This document shows positions 34,709 to 43,031 of a DNA stretch of 64,000 nt, piece by piece (the first letter of the stretch is position 1; the number at the start of each line of letters is the position of its first letter). The notes beneath the pieces were generated by a model. The model saw only the letters and a list, made by a program, of their open reading frames with translations, was not told the origin of the DNA and made no database searches. Made by a program: the position numbers and the translations under genes. This stretch comes from Actinomycetota bacterium (GTDB lineage: Bacteria > Actinomycetota > Actinomycetes > Mycobacteriales > JACQDL01), in contig JACQDL010000011.1 of NCBI GenBank assembly GCA_016201065.1, positions 13,772 to 77,771 of the forward strand. The letters are read 5' to 3'.

Positions 34709-36129
34709 CACCCCACCGTCCGGCAGTCCCGGCCGGGAACCTGAGGAACCGTCGAGGGCGGTTCGGTGGTGGTCGGGGGCTGGGTCGACCGAGCCGCCCT
34801 CGGTGTGGTGGTCGCGGCGGCGGCGGTCGGGGCCTTGGTCCGGCCGGCTGCCGGTGCGCTGGTTGACGGAACACCGATCGATGGTGCGATGGTTGACGGA
34901 ACACCGATCGATGGGGTCGGTTCGGAACATTCGGGAAGCATCTGGTCCTGCTCCAGACGACCGATGATGTCCGACGCTTCGGCCTGGCTGGAGGCGGTGA
35001 GGCTGCCGTCACGAACCTTGTCGCGGGCCAGCTGCTGAAGGTCGGCCAGCGCCAGCGAGCTGGTGTCGACCAGGTCGAAGAGATGAACCGGTCCGACGCT
35101 CGCGTTGATCCCGCGGTAGACACCCACCCGCTCGCCCGCAGCGCCCACGTAGTACTGGCTCTGGATCCACTGCCAGACCCCGTAGCCGGCTCCGGCGAGC
35201 ATCAGCAGCGCGACGAACCCGAAGACCAGCCGGCGGCCCGTGCGGCGGGGGCGCGGTGGCGGCGTAGCAGTCGGTTCGACGTCTGACCCGGCTCGCTGGC
35301 GGGAGGTCGGTGCGGCGATCGCGGCCCTGCCGGCGGCACTGTTCGGGCGCACCTCCCGCCGGCCGTTGTGCAGGCCGGCCGCGCCGGCAACAACCGGGAT
35401 GTCGTCGCCGTAGGCGCGGTCGATCACGTCCGCCACGATCACGGTGACGTTGTCCGGGCCACCCCCCCGCAGCGCCAGCTCGACCAGCCGGTCGGCGGCG
35501 GCGCGCGGATCGTTGGTCCGCAGCGCCTCGTGCAGGGTGTCGTTGGAGAGCACGTCGGTCAGGCCGTCCGAGCACAGCAGGTACCGGTCTCCTGGTCGAA
35601 CCTCCCGCACCGAGAGATCGGGCACCAGGTCGCCACCGTTGACGGCACGCAGCAGCAGGGAGCGCTGCGGATGGTTGCTCGCCTCGGCGAGCGTGATCTG
35701 GCCCTCGTCCACGAGCGCCTGCACGTAGGTGTCGTCGTGGGTGATCTGGGCGAACTGGCTGCCACGCAGGAGGTAGCAGCGCGAGTCGCCGACATGGACC
35801 AGGCCGAGGCGGTTTCCGGCGAACAGCAGGGCGGTCAGGGTGGTGCCCATGCCTTCGAGGCCGGGGTCGGCCTCGACCAGCTCGCGCAGGTGTTGGTTGG
35901 CCGAGTCGGTGGCGTCGCGGAGGGCCCCGATCAGGTCCGGGCTCGGTGCGTCGTCGTCGAGATGGGCCAGCGCCGAGATTGCCACCTTGCTCGCCACCTC
36001 GCCGCCGACATGCCCCCCCATCCCGTCGGCGAGCGCGAGCAGCCTCGGGCCGGCGTACACCGAGTCCTCGTTGTTGCCGCGGATCAGCCCGCGGTCGGAG
36101 CGCACGGCGTAGCGCAACGCCAGGCTCAT
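34708..36129 (-). CDS. pstP: PP2C-family Ser/Thr phosphatase PstP
   Basis: MSLALRYAVRSDRGLIRGNNEDSVYAG, ALADGMGGH and DNVTVIVADV, then a TM segment and a Pro/Thr-rich extracellular tail. Start at ATG 36129. Confidence 0.9.
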   Translation of the reverse strand: MSLALRYAVRSDRGLIRGNNEDSVYAGPRLLALADGMGGHVGGEVASKVAISALAHLDDDAPSPDLIGALRDATDSANQHLRELVEADPGLEGMGTTLTALLFAGNRLGLVHVGDSRCYLLRGSQFAQITHDDTYVQALVDEGQITLAEASNHPQRSLLLRAVNGGDLVPDLSVREVRPGDRYLLCSDGLTDVLSNDTLHEALRTNDPRAAADRLVELALRGGGPDNVTVIVADVIDRAYGDDIPVVAGAAGLHNGRREVRPNSAAGRAAIAAPTSRQRAGSDVEPTATPPPRPRRTGRRLVFGFVALLMLAGAGYGVWQWIQSQYYVGAAGERVGVYRGINASVGPVHLFDLVDTSSLALADLQQLARDKVRDGSLTASSQAEASDIIGRLEQDQMLPECSEPTPSIGVPSTIAPSIGVPSTSAPAAGRTKAPTAAAATTTPRAARSTQPPTTTEPPSTVPQVPGRDCRTVG

Positions 36130-36184
36130 CGCCGTCTCCAGTCTGCGGCGTCCGCTCGGGAGCGCACGCACCAGTTGTGGTCGG

Positions 36185-36658
36185 TCATGAGCGAAGCTCG
36201 AGGACGGTCTTGCCGATGCGGATCGGCACGCCAGGGGGTACCTGCGTTGGTCCCGTTACCTTCGCTCGGTCGAGGTATGTGCCATTGGTCGAGCCGAGGT
36301 CCTCGACGTACCAGTCGCCCTCTCGCTGGGTCAGCCTGGCATGCCGTGAGCTGGCGTAGTCGTCGGTGAGCACCAGGGTGGAGTCGTTGGCACGGCCGAT
36401 CATGATGGGCTGCTCGCCCAGCGCGATCTTCGTGCCAGTCAGGGCGCCGTCGACGACGAGCAGCTGGTGCGGTGCCTTGCCGCGACGCCTGGGTGTCGAG
36501 GGCCTCGGGGCCGTCCGGGCCGGGACGGTCGCCATCCGCGGTTGGTTGGAACCGAACAGATCGGCACGGATGACGCGCAATGCCGCGAAAACGAACAGCC
36601 ACAGCACGATCAAGAACCCGACGCGTGTGGCCTGGACCACAACGAAGGGTGTGTTCAT
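36185..36658 (-). CDS. fhaB: FHA-domain protein FhaB
   Basis: N-terminal TM plus C-terminal FHA (IGRANDSTLVLTDDYASSRHARL...DLGSTNGTYL). Confidence 0.85.
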   Translation of the reverse strand: MNTPFVVVQATRVGFLIVLWLFVFAALRVIRADLFGSNQPRMATVPARTAPRPSTPRRRGKAPHQLLVVDGALTGTKIALGEQPIMIGRANDSTLVLTDDYASSRHARLTQREGDWYVEDLGSTNGTYLDRAKVTGPTQVPPGVPIRIGKTVLELRS

Positions 36659-37809
36659 GCGGGTCCTTGCCGGTACACGACGACGCTGTGGCCAATCCGG
36701 ATGACGTCACCGTCGACGAGCTGCCAGCTCTGCACCCGGTGGCCGTTGACGATAGTGCCGTTGGTCGATCCGAGGTCGTTCAGGGTCGCGACGTGCCCGT
36801 CAAATCGGATCTCGACGTGCCGGCGCGATACCCCGGTGTCGGCAAGGCGGAGGCGGGCATCCTGGCCGCGACCGACGACGTTCGGACCGACCTCCAGGGC
36901 GACCCGGCGTTCGGTGCCGTCCACCACCAGCCAGTGCCGGATCGGCGGTCCGCCCGGCGCCGGGTACGGCGGCTGCCGACCGGGGTACCCGTTCTGGTCA
37001 TGGCTCTGCTGGTACTGGTCGTGTGGGGCCTGGTCGCCGCCGTATCCCGGCACGCCGTACCCGTCGCTGCGGTTTGGCTCCTCACCGTAGCCGGGACCGG
37101 TACCCCCAGGGCCGGCCGGATAACCCGGTCCGCCGCCGGGATGCGGTGGGTACTCGGGCTCCGGGTAACCACCCTGGTCGGGGTAACTACCCTGGTCGGG
37201 GTAACCGCCCTGGTCGGGGTAACCGCCTTGCTGGTAACCGCCTTGCTGGTAACCGCCTTGCTGGTAACCGCCGTATCCGCCCTGGTCGGGGTATCCGCCC
37301 TGGTCGGCGTAGCCGCCTTGCTGGTGGCCGCCGTAGTCGGCGTAGCCGCCCTGGTCCGGGTAGCCGTCCTGTTGGTAGCCGCGCTGGTCGGAGTAGCCAC
37401 GGTCCCCGCCGTAGACCGGGCGGCGGCGCGGCCCGGCATCGGGGTCCACCCTGCTGTTGATCCGGAACATCCCGGTGGGGAGGTCGTGAGCCTGGGTCAG
37501 CGACACCTCGATGTCACCGAACGTCGACCAACCCTCGGCGTCGATGTGTTCCTGGACCATCTCGGCCAGAGTCTGGGTGAGCTGCCCCTCCCAGGGAGCC
37601 AGCCGCTCGTAGTCCGTGATCCCGAGCTGAACCTCATACCGGTTCGGCACCAGCACCCGGCCGGCGCCGACGATCGCCCGCTTCTCCTCGGCCTCGCGCT
37701 GGAGCGCCTTCGCGACCTCCACCGGTTCGACCTGGCCCTTGAAGAGGCGCGCGAAAGCGTTGCCGACCAGTCCCTCGAGTCGGCGCTCGAAGCGCTGCAA
37801 CACACCCAC
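36655..37809 (-). CDS. fhaA: FHA-domain protein FhaA (DUF3662 + FHA)
   Basis: N-terminal MGVLQRFERRLEGLVGNAFARLFKG (DUF3662), a GGY/PDQ-rich linker, and a C-terminal FHA (VGRGQDARLRLADTGVSRRHVEI...DLGSTNGTIVNG). Confidence 0.9.
   Translation of the reverse strand: MGVLQRFERRLEGLVGNAFARLFKGQVEPVEVAKALQREAEEKRAIVGAGRVLVPNRYEVQLGITDYERLAPWEGQLTQTLAEMVQEHIDAEGWSTFGDIEVSLTQAHDLPTGMFRINSRVDPDAGPRRRPVYGGDRGYSDQRGYQQDGYPDQGGYADYGGHQQGGYADQGGYPDQGGYGGYQQGGYQQGGYQQGGYPDQGGYPDQGSYPDQGGYPEPEYPPHPGGGPGYPAGPGGTGPGYGEEPNRSDGYGVPGYGGDQAPHDQYQQSHDQNGYPGRQPPYPAPGGPPIRHWLVVDGTERRVALEVGPNVVGRGQDARLRLADTGVSRRHVEIRFDGHVATLNDLGSTNGTIVNGHRVQSWQLVDGDVIRIGHSVVVYRQGPA
37218..37272. repeat. 15-bp tandem repeat (3.7 copies) inside fhaA linker
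   Basis: GGTAACCGCCTTGCT is repeated head to tail, encoding (QQGGY)n on the minus strand. It is embedded in a broader degenerate GGYPDQ-coding repeat at ~37140-37345. Confidence 0.9.
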
Positions 37810-37905
37810 GACTGACCCTCCTTGGACGTCCAGTTCCGATCGTATCCATCCCCATGCCCGAACGGGTCGTCAGTGCGCGACCGTGCTACCCTCCCCTGGC
37901 TGCTT

Positions 37906-37988
37906 GGGCGAGTGGCGGAATGGCAGACGCGCACGGTTCAGGTCCGTGTGTCCGCAAGGACGTGAGGGTTCAACTCCCTCCTCGCCCA
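37906..37988 (+). tRNA. tRNA-Leu (anticodon CAG)
   Basis: Acceptor GGGCGAG/CTCGCCC plus discriminator A. D-arm GCGGAATGGCAGACGC. Anticodon stem-loop cacgg-TTCAGGT-ccgtg. Long variable arm. T-arm GAGGG-TTCAACT-CCCTC. CCA is not encoded. Confidence 0.85.
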
Positions 37989-38114
37989 CTCGATAGTGTG
38001 CTATTGGTCATTCACCTCCGTCCGTGCGCGTCGCTCTAGGTTGTCACGTCCGGGCCGTCAGGTGACAGGCAGATCCGTCGGGGCGTTTCTGGAGCAGCCA
38101 CCGCGACCGTTCGC

Positions 38115-38954
38115 CTAGCCGGTCGCCGCGAGCAGGAGTACGCCCGTCACCGCGGTGAACGCCCCCACCCGTTGCGCCGGGCGCAACCGCTCGCGGAGCA
38201 GGCTGCGCGCGAGCAATGCGGTGACCAGGGGGTAGAGGGACGCCAGGACCGCCACCACCGACAGCAGCCCGTTCCGGGTGGCCAGCCCGTAGGCGGCGTT
38301 CGCGGCGACGTCACCCAAGCCGATCGCGGCCGCCAACGCGAGGTCCTTGCCGGAGAAGCCGACCGAGATCCGGCTGCGGAGCAACAGCGGGCCGACGATG
38401 AGCAGGCCGCTGATCCGTTGTGTGACCAGCACCATCGTGAGGTCGTGCTGGGCGCCGCCGGCCATCGCTGTGTAGTACCCGCCGAAGCCGACGGCCGCCA
38501 CGAGCGAGAGCAGGATCGTGCTCCAGGCAGCGCGTTGGCCGCCGCGGAGCTGCGCTCCGCTGGCCAGCACGATGCCGAGGATGGTCAGCGCGATGGCGAC
38601 GAACCGCAGCGTCCCGGGTCGCTCACCGTGGCCGACGCCGACCAGTACGGGAAGCAGCACGGCGGTGGATGCGATGGCCGCCACCAGGCCCATCGGGCCG
38701 GCGGCCAGGGCCCAGTAGAAGGCCACGAGTCCCGCCGTACCCAGCACGCCGGCGGCCACGCCGTAGGGCAGGTACCCGTGCGGAGCACCCCACGACCACC
38801 GCACGCTGGCGAGCCCGACCAGCACGATCAGGGCCGCGAGCTAGGATATCAGGACGACCGCCAGCACTGGTCGGCGCCGGCTGAGGACCCCGCCACCGAA
38901 GTCCGAGGAGCCCCACAGGACGCTCGCCCCGAGCGCCATCAAGGCCGCCGCCAT
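38115..38954 (-). pseudogene. EamA/DMT-family transporter with in-frame TAG stop
   Basis: Start at MAAALMALGASVLWGSSDFGGG (ATG 38954). TAG on the minus strand at 38841-38843. The same frame continues LAALIVLVGLASVRW... through ORF 38115..38825. 10-TM-like EamA pattern. Confidence 0.75.
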
Positions 38955-39142
38955 ACCCCTCCCTTCCCGTGCGCCACCACGCCGTCCGACCGGCTCACGG
39001 TAACGCCTGCCGGCAGCCTGCTGGCGCGATGTGATTGACGGCGGCTTGCCGTCCTGTGGACACACCGGGGAATCTGCTCCCGACCGGACTACTGTCAATG
39101 CCACCATATGGTGCAATGCCGGGCGTGGAAGGTTGGGTGGGA

Positions 39143-39529
39143 ATGGATCGGCACGATCGTGTTGAGGTGCAGCGGCAGCAGATCGAGCGTCGGATCGAGC
39201 GTTACGAGGAGCTCCGAGAGAAGATCGCGAAGCTCGCGGCCACGGTGACCTCCGCCGACGGATCGGTGTCCGTCACGGCCCGACCTGGTGGCGCGGTGAC
39301 CCACCTCACGCTCTCGGCGCAGGCCATGCGGCGTGGCCCAGAGGGTCTCGCGGCACTGCTGCTGGCGACGATCCAGCAGGCCAACGCCGAGGTCGCAGCG
39401 CTCCTGACGGCCGAGACCAAGGAGTTCGTCTCTGACCGCACCGATCTGGCCGGGCTGCTCGGCGCGCGCCTGCCGGTGGTCGATCGCGCGGGCGGCGCTC
39501 CGCTTCCGCCTCGACCGGCGGGGCGGTAG
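39143..39529 (+). CDS. YbaB/EbfC-like (EspL-like) protein
   Basis: Start at ATG 39143. A coiled N-terminus is followed by SADGSVSVTARPGGAVTHLTLSAQAMRRGPEGLAALLLATIQQANAEV, typical of the YbaB-like fold. First of three tightly linked genes. Confidence 0.5.
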   Translation: MDRHDRVEVQRQQIERRIERYEELREKIAKLAATVTSADGSVSVTARPGGAVTHLTLSAQAMRRGPEGLAALLLATIQQANAEVAALLTAETKEFVSDRTDLAGLLGARLPVVDRAGGAPLPPRPAGR

Positions 39530-39531
39530 TC

Positions 39532-39867
39532 GTGGCCGGCGAGTTCCACGTTCCGCTGGCCAGCCTGAGCGGGCTTGCCGACCAGCTGGCGGCTCTCGCC
39601 CGACGGGCCGCCGGCACGCGGGACCAGGCCATGGTCGCCGAGGTCAGGCCGGACGAATGGGGACTGCTGGGGTACGCCTGCGGACTCCCCATGAGCTATC
39701 ACGCGCTCGCCGACGCGATCCATCGCGAACTCGACCTCTCGGTGTCATTTCTGGACGGCGCGGCGCAGCGGCTGGCGGTGACGGTCGACAGCTATCGGCG
39801 CGCGGACCAGGCGTCGGTCGGGCGAACCGACATCCTTGAGCGGCGGATCGGCGGGTCTGCTCAGTGA
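39532..39867 (+). CDS. Small helical protein, EspC/DUF2580-like (type VII secretion-associated-like)
   Basis: 111 aa, GTG start 3 nt after the upstream stop. The helical pattern LSGLADQLAALARRAA...LDGAAQRLAVTVDSYRRAD resembles ESX-associated small proteins; the assignment is from memory only. Confidence 0.4.
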   Translation: MAGEFHVPLASLSGLADQLAALARRAAGTRDQAMVAEVRPDEWGLLGYACGLPMSYHALADAIHRELDLSVSFLDGAAQRLAVTVDSYRRADQASVGRTDILERRIGGSAQ

Positions 39868-40802
39868 GCTACGCCCCGGCGGACGGCCAGATCATCGACA
39901 CGCAGGACGTGCTCGGTCGGGCACCCGTGGTCGGGAACCTCATCGCCGACTGCACCGCGGCGGCCCATGGCGACTACCAGACGGTGATCGCGCAGTGTCT
40001 CGATCTGGGTATCCAGGGGTGGCAGCTCGGGGAGGACCCTCTTGGCTGGTTGATCGGCGCCGGGCTGAGCTGGCTGGTCGGGGTCTTCCAGCCGCTGGAG
40101 GACGGGCTCGGTCTGGTCACCGGCAATGGTGATCGGATCAAGCGGGACGCCGAGCAGTGGCACGAGGTCGCCCGCCAGCTCAAGGCGCTCTCGGTCGACC
40201 TGACGGGGTCCTGGGAGCGTGGTGTCGAGGACTGGCACGGGGATGCCGCAGACAGGGCGAACGCTCGGACGAGCCGGTTTCTGGACGGCGTCCACGGCGT
40301 CGGGGCGCAGATCGAGGCGCTTGGCTCGGTACTCGGCGCGAGCCAGCTGCTCATGGAGGTCGCCCGCGGCCTGGTGCTTTCGATCATCGCCGAGGTGGTG
40401 GAGAAGGTCGTCGTCACCTGGATCGCCGCTCAGGCCGTCGCGGTGGCGACGTTTGGTGCATCCGAGGCGTTGGCGATGGATCTCACCGTCATCGAGGTCG
40501 AGCTCGCCGAGGTCCGGGTCACGGCAGTTGTCGCGCGCTGCGAGCGTGCCCTCGTCTCGGTGGAGTCGGCGTTCGCCACGATGGCCGAGCGCGTCCTGCA
40601 CGGCGCCGTCAGCGAGGGGATCCACGATGGCACCCGGGAGGCGTTGGCGGAGTTCGCGAGGGACGGCGTCAGGGAGGGCGTCAAGTCCGGCTATGTGGCG
40701 GCGGTGCCGGCGGTCGTCGGCGGTGTGCGGCCTGGCCCGGGTGAGCCGCCCGACTCAGGTCTGATCGAGAGCGAGCTCAACCCCGGGCAACCGCTGACCT
40801 AG
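39864..40802 (+). CDS. Hypothetical protein with WXG-like helical N-terminal region
   Basis: 312 aa, with the start overlapping the upstream stop (GTGA). Contains WHEVARQLKALSVDLTGSWERGVEDWHGDAADRANARTSRFL (W-x-G motif in a helical hairpin context). No recognisable C-terminal toxin domain. Confidence 0.4.
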   Translation: MSYAPADGQIIDTQDVLGRAPVVGNLIADCTAAAHGDYQTVIAQCLDLGIQGWQLGEDPLGWLIGAGLSWLVGVFQPLEDGLGLVTGNGDRIKRDAEQWHEVARQLKALSVDLTGSWERGVEDWHGDAADRANARTSRFLDGVHGVGAQIEALGSVLGASQLLMEVARGLVLSIIAEVVEKVVVTWIAAQAVAVATFGASEALAMDLTVIEVELAEVRVTAVVARCERALVSVESAFATMAERVLHGAVSEGIHDGTREALAEFARDGVREGVKSGYVAAVPAVVGGVRPGPGEPPDSGLIESELNPGQPLT

Positions 40803-41188
40803 CCGGCCGCGCTGGCCAGCCGGCTCCAGGTGCGCACGATGTCGCGGACCGACACGATCCCGCATGCCTCGCCGTCCTCGAGCACGATGAGGTGCCGGAA
40901 CCCGCCCCGGACCATGGCCTCGGCCGCCTGATCGACCGTCCACTCGGTGCCCGCGAAGACCAGATCACTGGTGAGGTGGTCCGCGGCGAGTTCCAGGTCC
41001 GGGTTCTGGCCGGCCCCGAGAGAGCGGAGGATGTCCCGCTCGGTGAGGATTCCGATGCCCGATGTGTCGGGGTCGATGACGGCGGCCGCACCGACGTTGC
41101 GCGCGGCCATCAGCCTTGCTGCCGCACGAAGGGTGTGGTGTGGGCCGACCGATAAGACTGGTGCGTTCATTGCTTCACGGACCCGCAT
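40799..41188 (-). CDS. CBS-domain pair protein
   Basis: 129 aa with two CBS-like repeats (VREAMNAPVLSVGPHHTLRAAARLMAARNVGAAAV; GILTERDILR; FRHLIVLEDGEACGIVSVRDIV). Confidence 0.85.
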   Translation of the reverse strand: MRVREAMNAPVLSVGPHHTLRAAARLMAARNVGAAAVIDPDTSGIGILTERDILRSLGAGQNPDLELAADHLTSDLVFAGTEWTVDQAAEAMVRGGFRHLIVLEDGEACGIVSVRDIVRTWSRLASAAG

Positions 41189-41329
41189 GTGGGGTCACCT
41201 CCGCACGGCCAAGGGTGTCTCCCCATGGTGACCTCGATGTGTGCTGGGTCACAAGCACCCGGTCCGACTACCTTCGATCATCGCGGGTGCAAGAGTGCAC
41301 GATCACGGTGATTCCGCCGGGCGATCGTG

Positions 41330-41368
41330 GACCGGGCGGTGCCGCTTCGACGACGGCACCGCCCGGTC
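41330..41368 (-). terminator. Strong GC hairpin downstream of the cytochrome b-like operon
   Basis: A 15-bp perfect stem (GACCGGGCGGTGCCG / CGGCACCGCCCGGTC) with a 9-nt loop lies 12 nt beyond the stop at 41380 (minus strand). No U-tract, consistent with an actinobacterial I-shaped terminator. Confidence 0.55.
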
Positions 41369-41379
41369 GGCGGGTGTGC

Positions 41380-42339
41380 TCAGCCGGTCGGGCGGCGGTA
41401 GTGGGCCCGCCAGATGAGCCGGTACACCGGGATCGCCCGGGGAATCGAGCGGATTCCCGGGATGAACGGTACGAAGACCATCACCAGCGTCAGGACCGCC
41501 ATCAGCCCCCACACCAGGGCGTCGGCGTTGTCCGAGGTGGAGAACGGCGGGACCTGGTACCAGAACGTGTACAGCCACAGCCACGCCTGGCCCGGGTAGT
41601 TGCCGGTCTCGTTCATCATTCCCCACTGGTCGCCGCCGAGATGCTGCGCGCGGGCCTGGTCCTCCAGGTAGCCGCTATCGGCGAGGAACAGCAGCGGCTT
41701 GGTGAAGTCGCTGGCGTAGAACTGGCTGCCCTCGCTGACCAGCGCACCATCGAGCCCACCGCTCTGCGCCAGGGTGAGCAGCCGCCCGGTGAGCACCGGC
41801 ACCGGCCCGTACTCGCCCGCGGCCACCTTGGCCGGGTCACCGTCCGGGGCGTTGGTGAGCGCGTCACCGTAGCTCGTCGCCCAACTGGTCTGCTGATCCG
41901 CGCTGGCAGCCGCGTAGGTCGCCATGGCGGTGCTCAGCTCCGTGTCACCGGGCACCGAGCGGAGCGGCGTGAGCACGAAGTCGCTCGCCGTATCCACCGG
42001 GGTACGGACCCCGCCCCACTTCTGCAGGACCAGCGGGCCGATCTTCTGCCCGTCGGCGGCCGTGTTGTACGGCGGACCGTACTCGGCGGTGCCGCTGCTG
42101 CCGTTGAGCTCGGAGACGGCGGTGGCCACGAAGTCGTTGGGATCTGCCTGGGCCCAACCCTGCAGCGTGATGGGCTTCTCGTCCGGTGAGGAGAAGACGG
42201 CGGCGAACCCGACCGTGAGGAGGGTCATCGCGAGCAGCGCGACGACGAACTCCTTGACCAGGTCGTAGCTGCGCCAGGGACCGGCCCAACCTTGGGCGGC
42301 CGGGCTGGCGGCGCGGCTGCGGCGCGTTGCGGTGGTCAT
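41380..42339 (-). CDS. Membrane protein with large extracytoplasmic domain and cytochrome b C-terminal/subunit IV-like tail
   Basis: Start at MTTATRRSR (ATG 42339), overlapping the upstream stop (ATGA). An N-terminal TM, a ~220-aa soluble region, then C-terminal WLWLYTFWYQVPPF...LVWGLMAVLTLVMVFVPFIPG, which resembles the PEWY/helix F-G region of cytochrome b or subunit IV. Confidence 0.55.
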   Translation of the reverse strand: MTTATRRSRAASPAAQGWAGPWRSYDLVKEFVVALLAMTLLTVGFAAVFSSPDEKPITLQGWAQADPNDFVATAVSELNGSSGTAEYGPPYNTAADGQKIGPLVLQKWGGVRTPVDTASDFVLTPLRSVPGDTELSTAMATYAAASADQQTSWATSYGDALTNAPDGDPAKVAAGEYGPVPVLTGRLLTLAQSGGLDGALVSEGSQFYASDFTKPLLFLADSGYLEDQARAQHLGGDQWGMMNETGNYPGQAWLWLYTFWYQVPPFSTSDNADALVWGLMAVLTLVMVFVPFIPGIRSIPRAIPVYRLIWRAHYRRPTG

Positions 42340-43031
42340 GAGGTTGCCTCCTCCGCCGCCGCGGGGGCGGCGACCTCGAACGGCGGTACGACGCCCCGCA
42401 GCCGTACCAGCAGGACATGCAGCACCACGATGGCGCCGAGCACCAGCGGCAGCAGCACGACGTGCCACAGCAGCATCTGCCCGGTGTTCAACACGTTGAA
42501 CCAGGCGCCGACGCCGACCGAGTTCAGACCGTCCCTGGCCTGCGTGGAGATCCACTGCGAGTCGAAGTTCTGCTGCACGAGGTAGCCGGTGAACGCCGTG
42601 CCGATCGACCCGAGGAAGGCGACCATCCCGGTGATCCAGGTCAGGGCGCGGCGGCCCCGCCAGGCGGCCATGAAGAACTTGCCCCACAGGTGGATCACCA
42701 TGACAAAGAAGAACAGCTCCACGCTCCACAGGTGAAGCGAGTTGACGAAGAGGCCCACCGGCGAGCTGTGCCACCACGCGGCGCCGGCCAGCGCGAGCCA
42801 GCTGCCAGTCCCCACTACGACGATCAGGGCGGTCAGGCTCAGCATGCCGAAGACATAGATCCAGCTCGCCACGTAGGACGGCTGGTAGTCGGGAAGCAGC
42901 TGGTCGGGTGGCAGGGTGCGGACGGCGCGGCGGCGGACGGCCGCGGTCCATCCGGTCGCCGGCGGGTCGTCCGGCCGTACGTCGGCCGGAGGCACGTTGG
43001 TCGGAGGCACGTTGGTCGGAGGCGTGGTCAT
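42336..43031 (-). CDS. Cytochrome b N-terminal (b6-like) domain protein
   Basis: 231 aa with four TM helices. His pairs lie 14 residues apart (SLHLWSVELFFFVMVIHLW) and 15 apart (WHVVLLPLVLGAIVVLH), i.e. b6-type heme-ligand spacing. Confidence 0.8.
   Translation of the reverse strand: MTTPPTNVPPTNVPPADVRPDDPPATGWTAAVRRRAVRTLPPDQLLPDYQPSYVASWIYVFGMLSLTALIVVVGTGSWLALAGAAWWHSSPVGLFVNSLHLWSVELFFFVMVIHLWGKFFMAAWRGRRALTWITGMVAFLGSIGTAFTGYLVQQNFDSQWISTQARDGLNSVGVGAWFNVLNTGQMLLWHVVLLPLVLGAIVVLHVLLVRLRGVVPPFEVAAPAAAEEATS

Noticed and set aside
33281-34930. Long N-terminal extension of the rodA ORF with a repeated IDRCSVN motif.
   Set aside because: The extension is the pstP 3' region read out of frame, and the repeat is the 30-bp pstP duplication. 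The ATG at 34708 overlapping the pstP stop is the sensible rodA start.
37140-37345. Regularly spaced short repeats that could be mistaken for a CRISPR-like array.
   Set aside because: The units are 15-18 bp, contiguous with no spacers, and lie in frame inside fhaA, where they encode a GGY-rich linker. No CRISPR array is present anywhere in the window.
38042-38067. Inverted repeat TGTCAC-N14-GTGACA between tRNA-Leu and the EamA gene, considered as a terminator.
   Set aside because: Only 6 bp pair cleanly, with a 14-nt loop and mismatches beyond. This is too weak to call.
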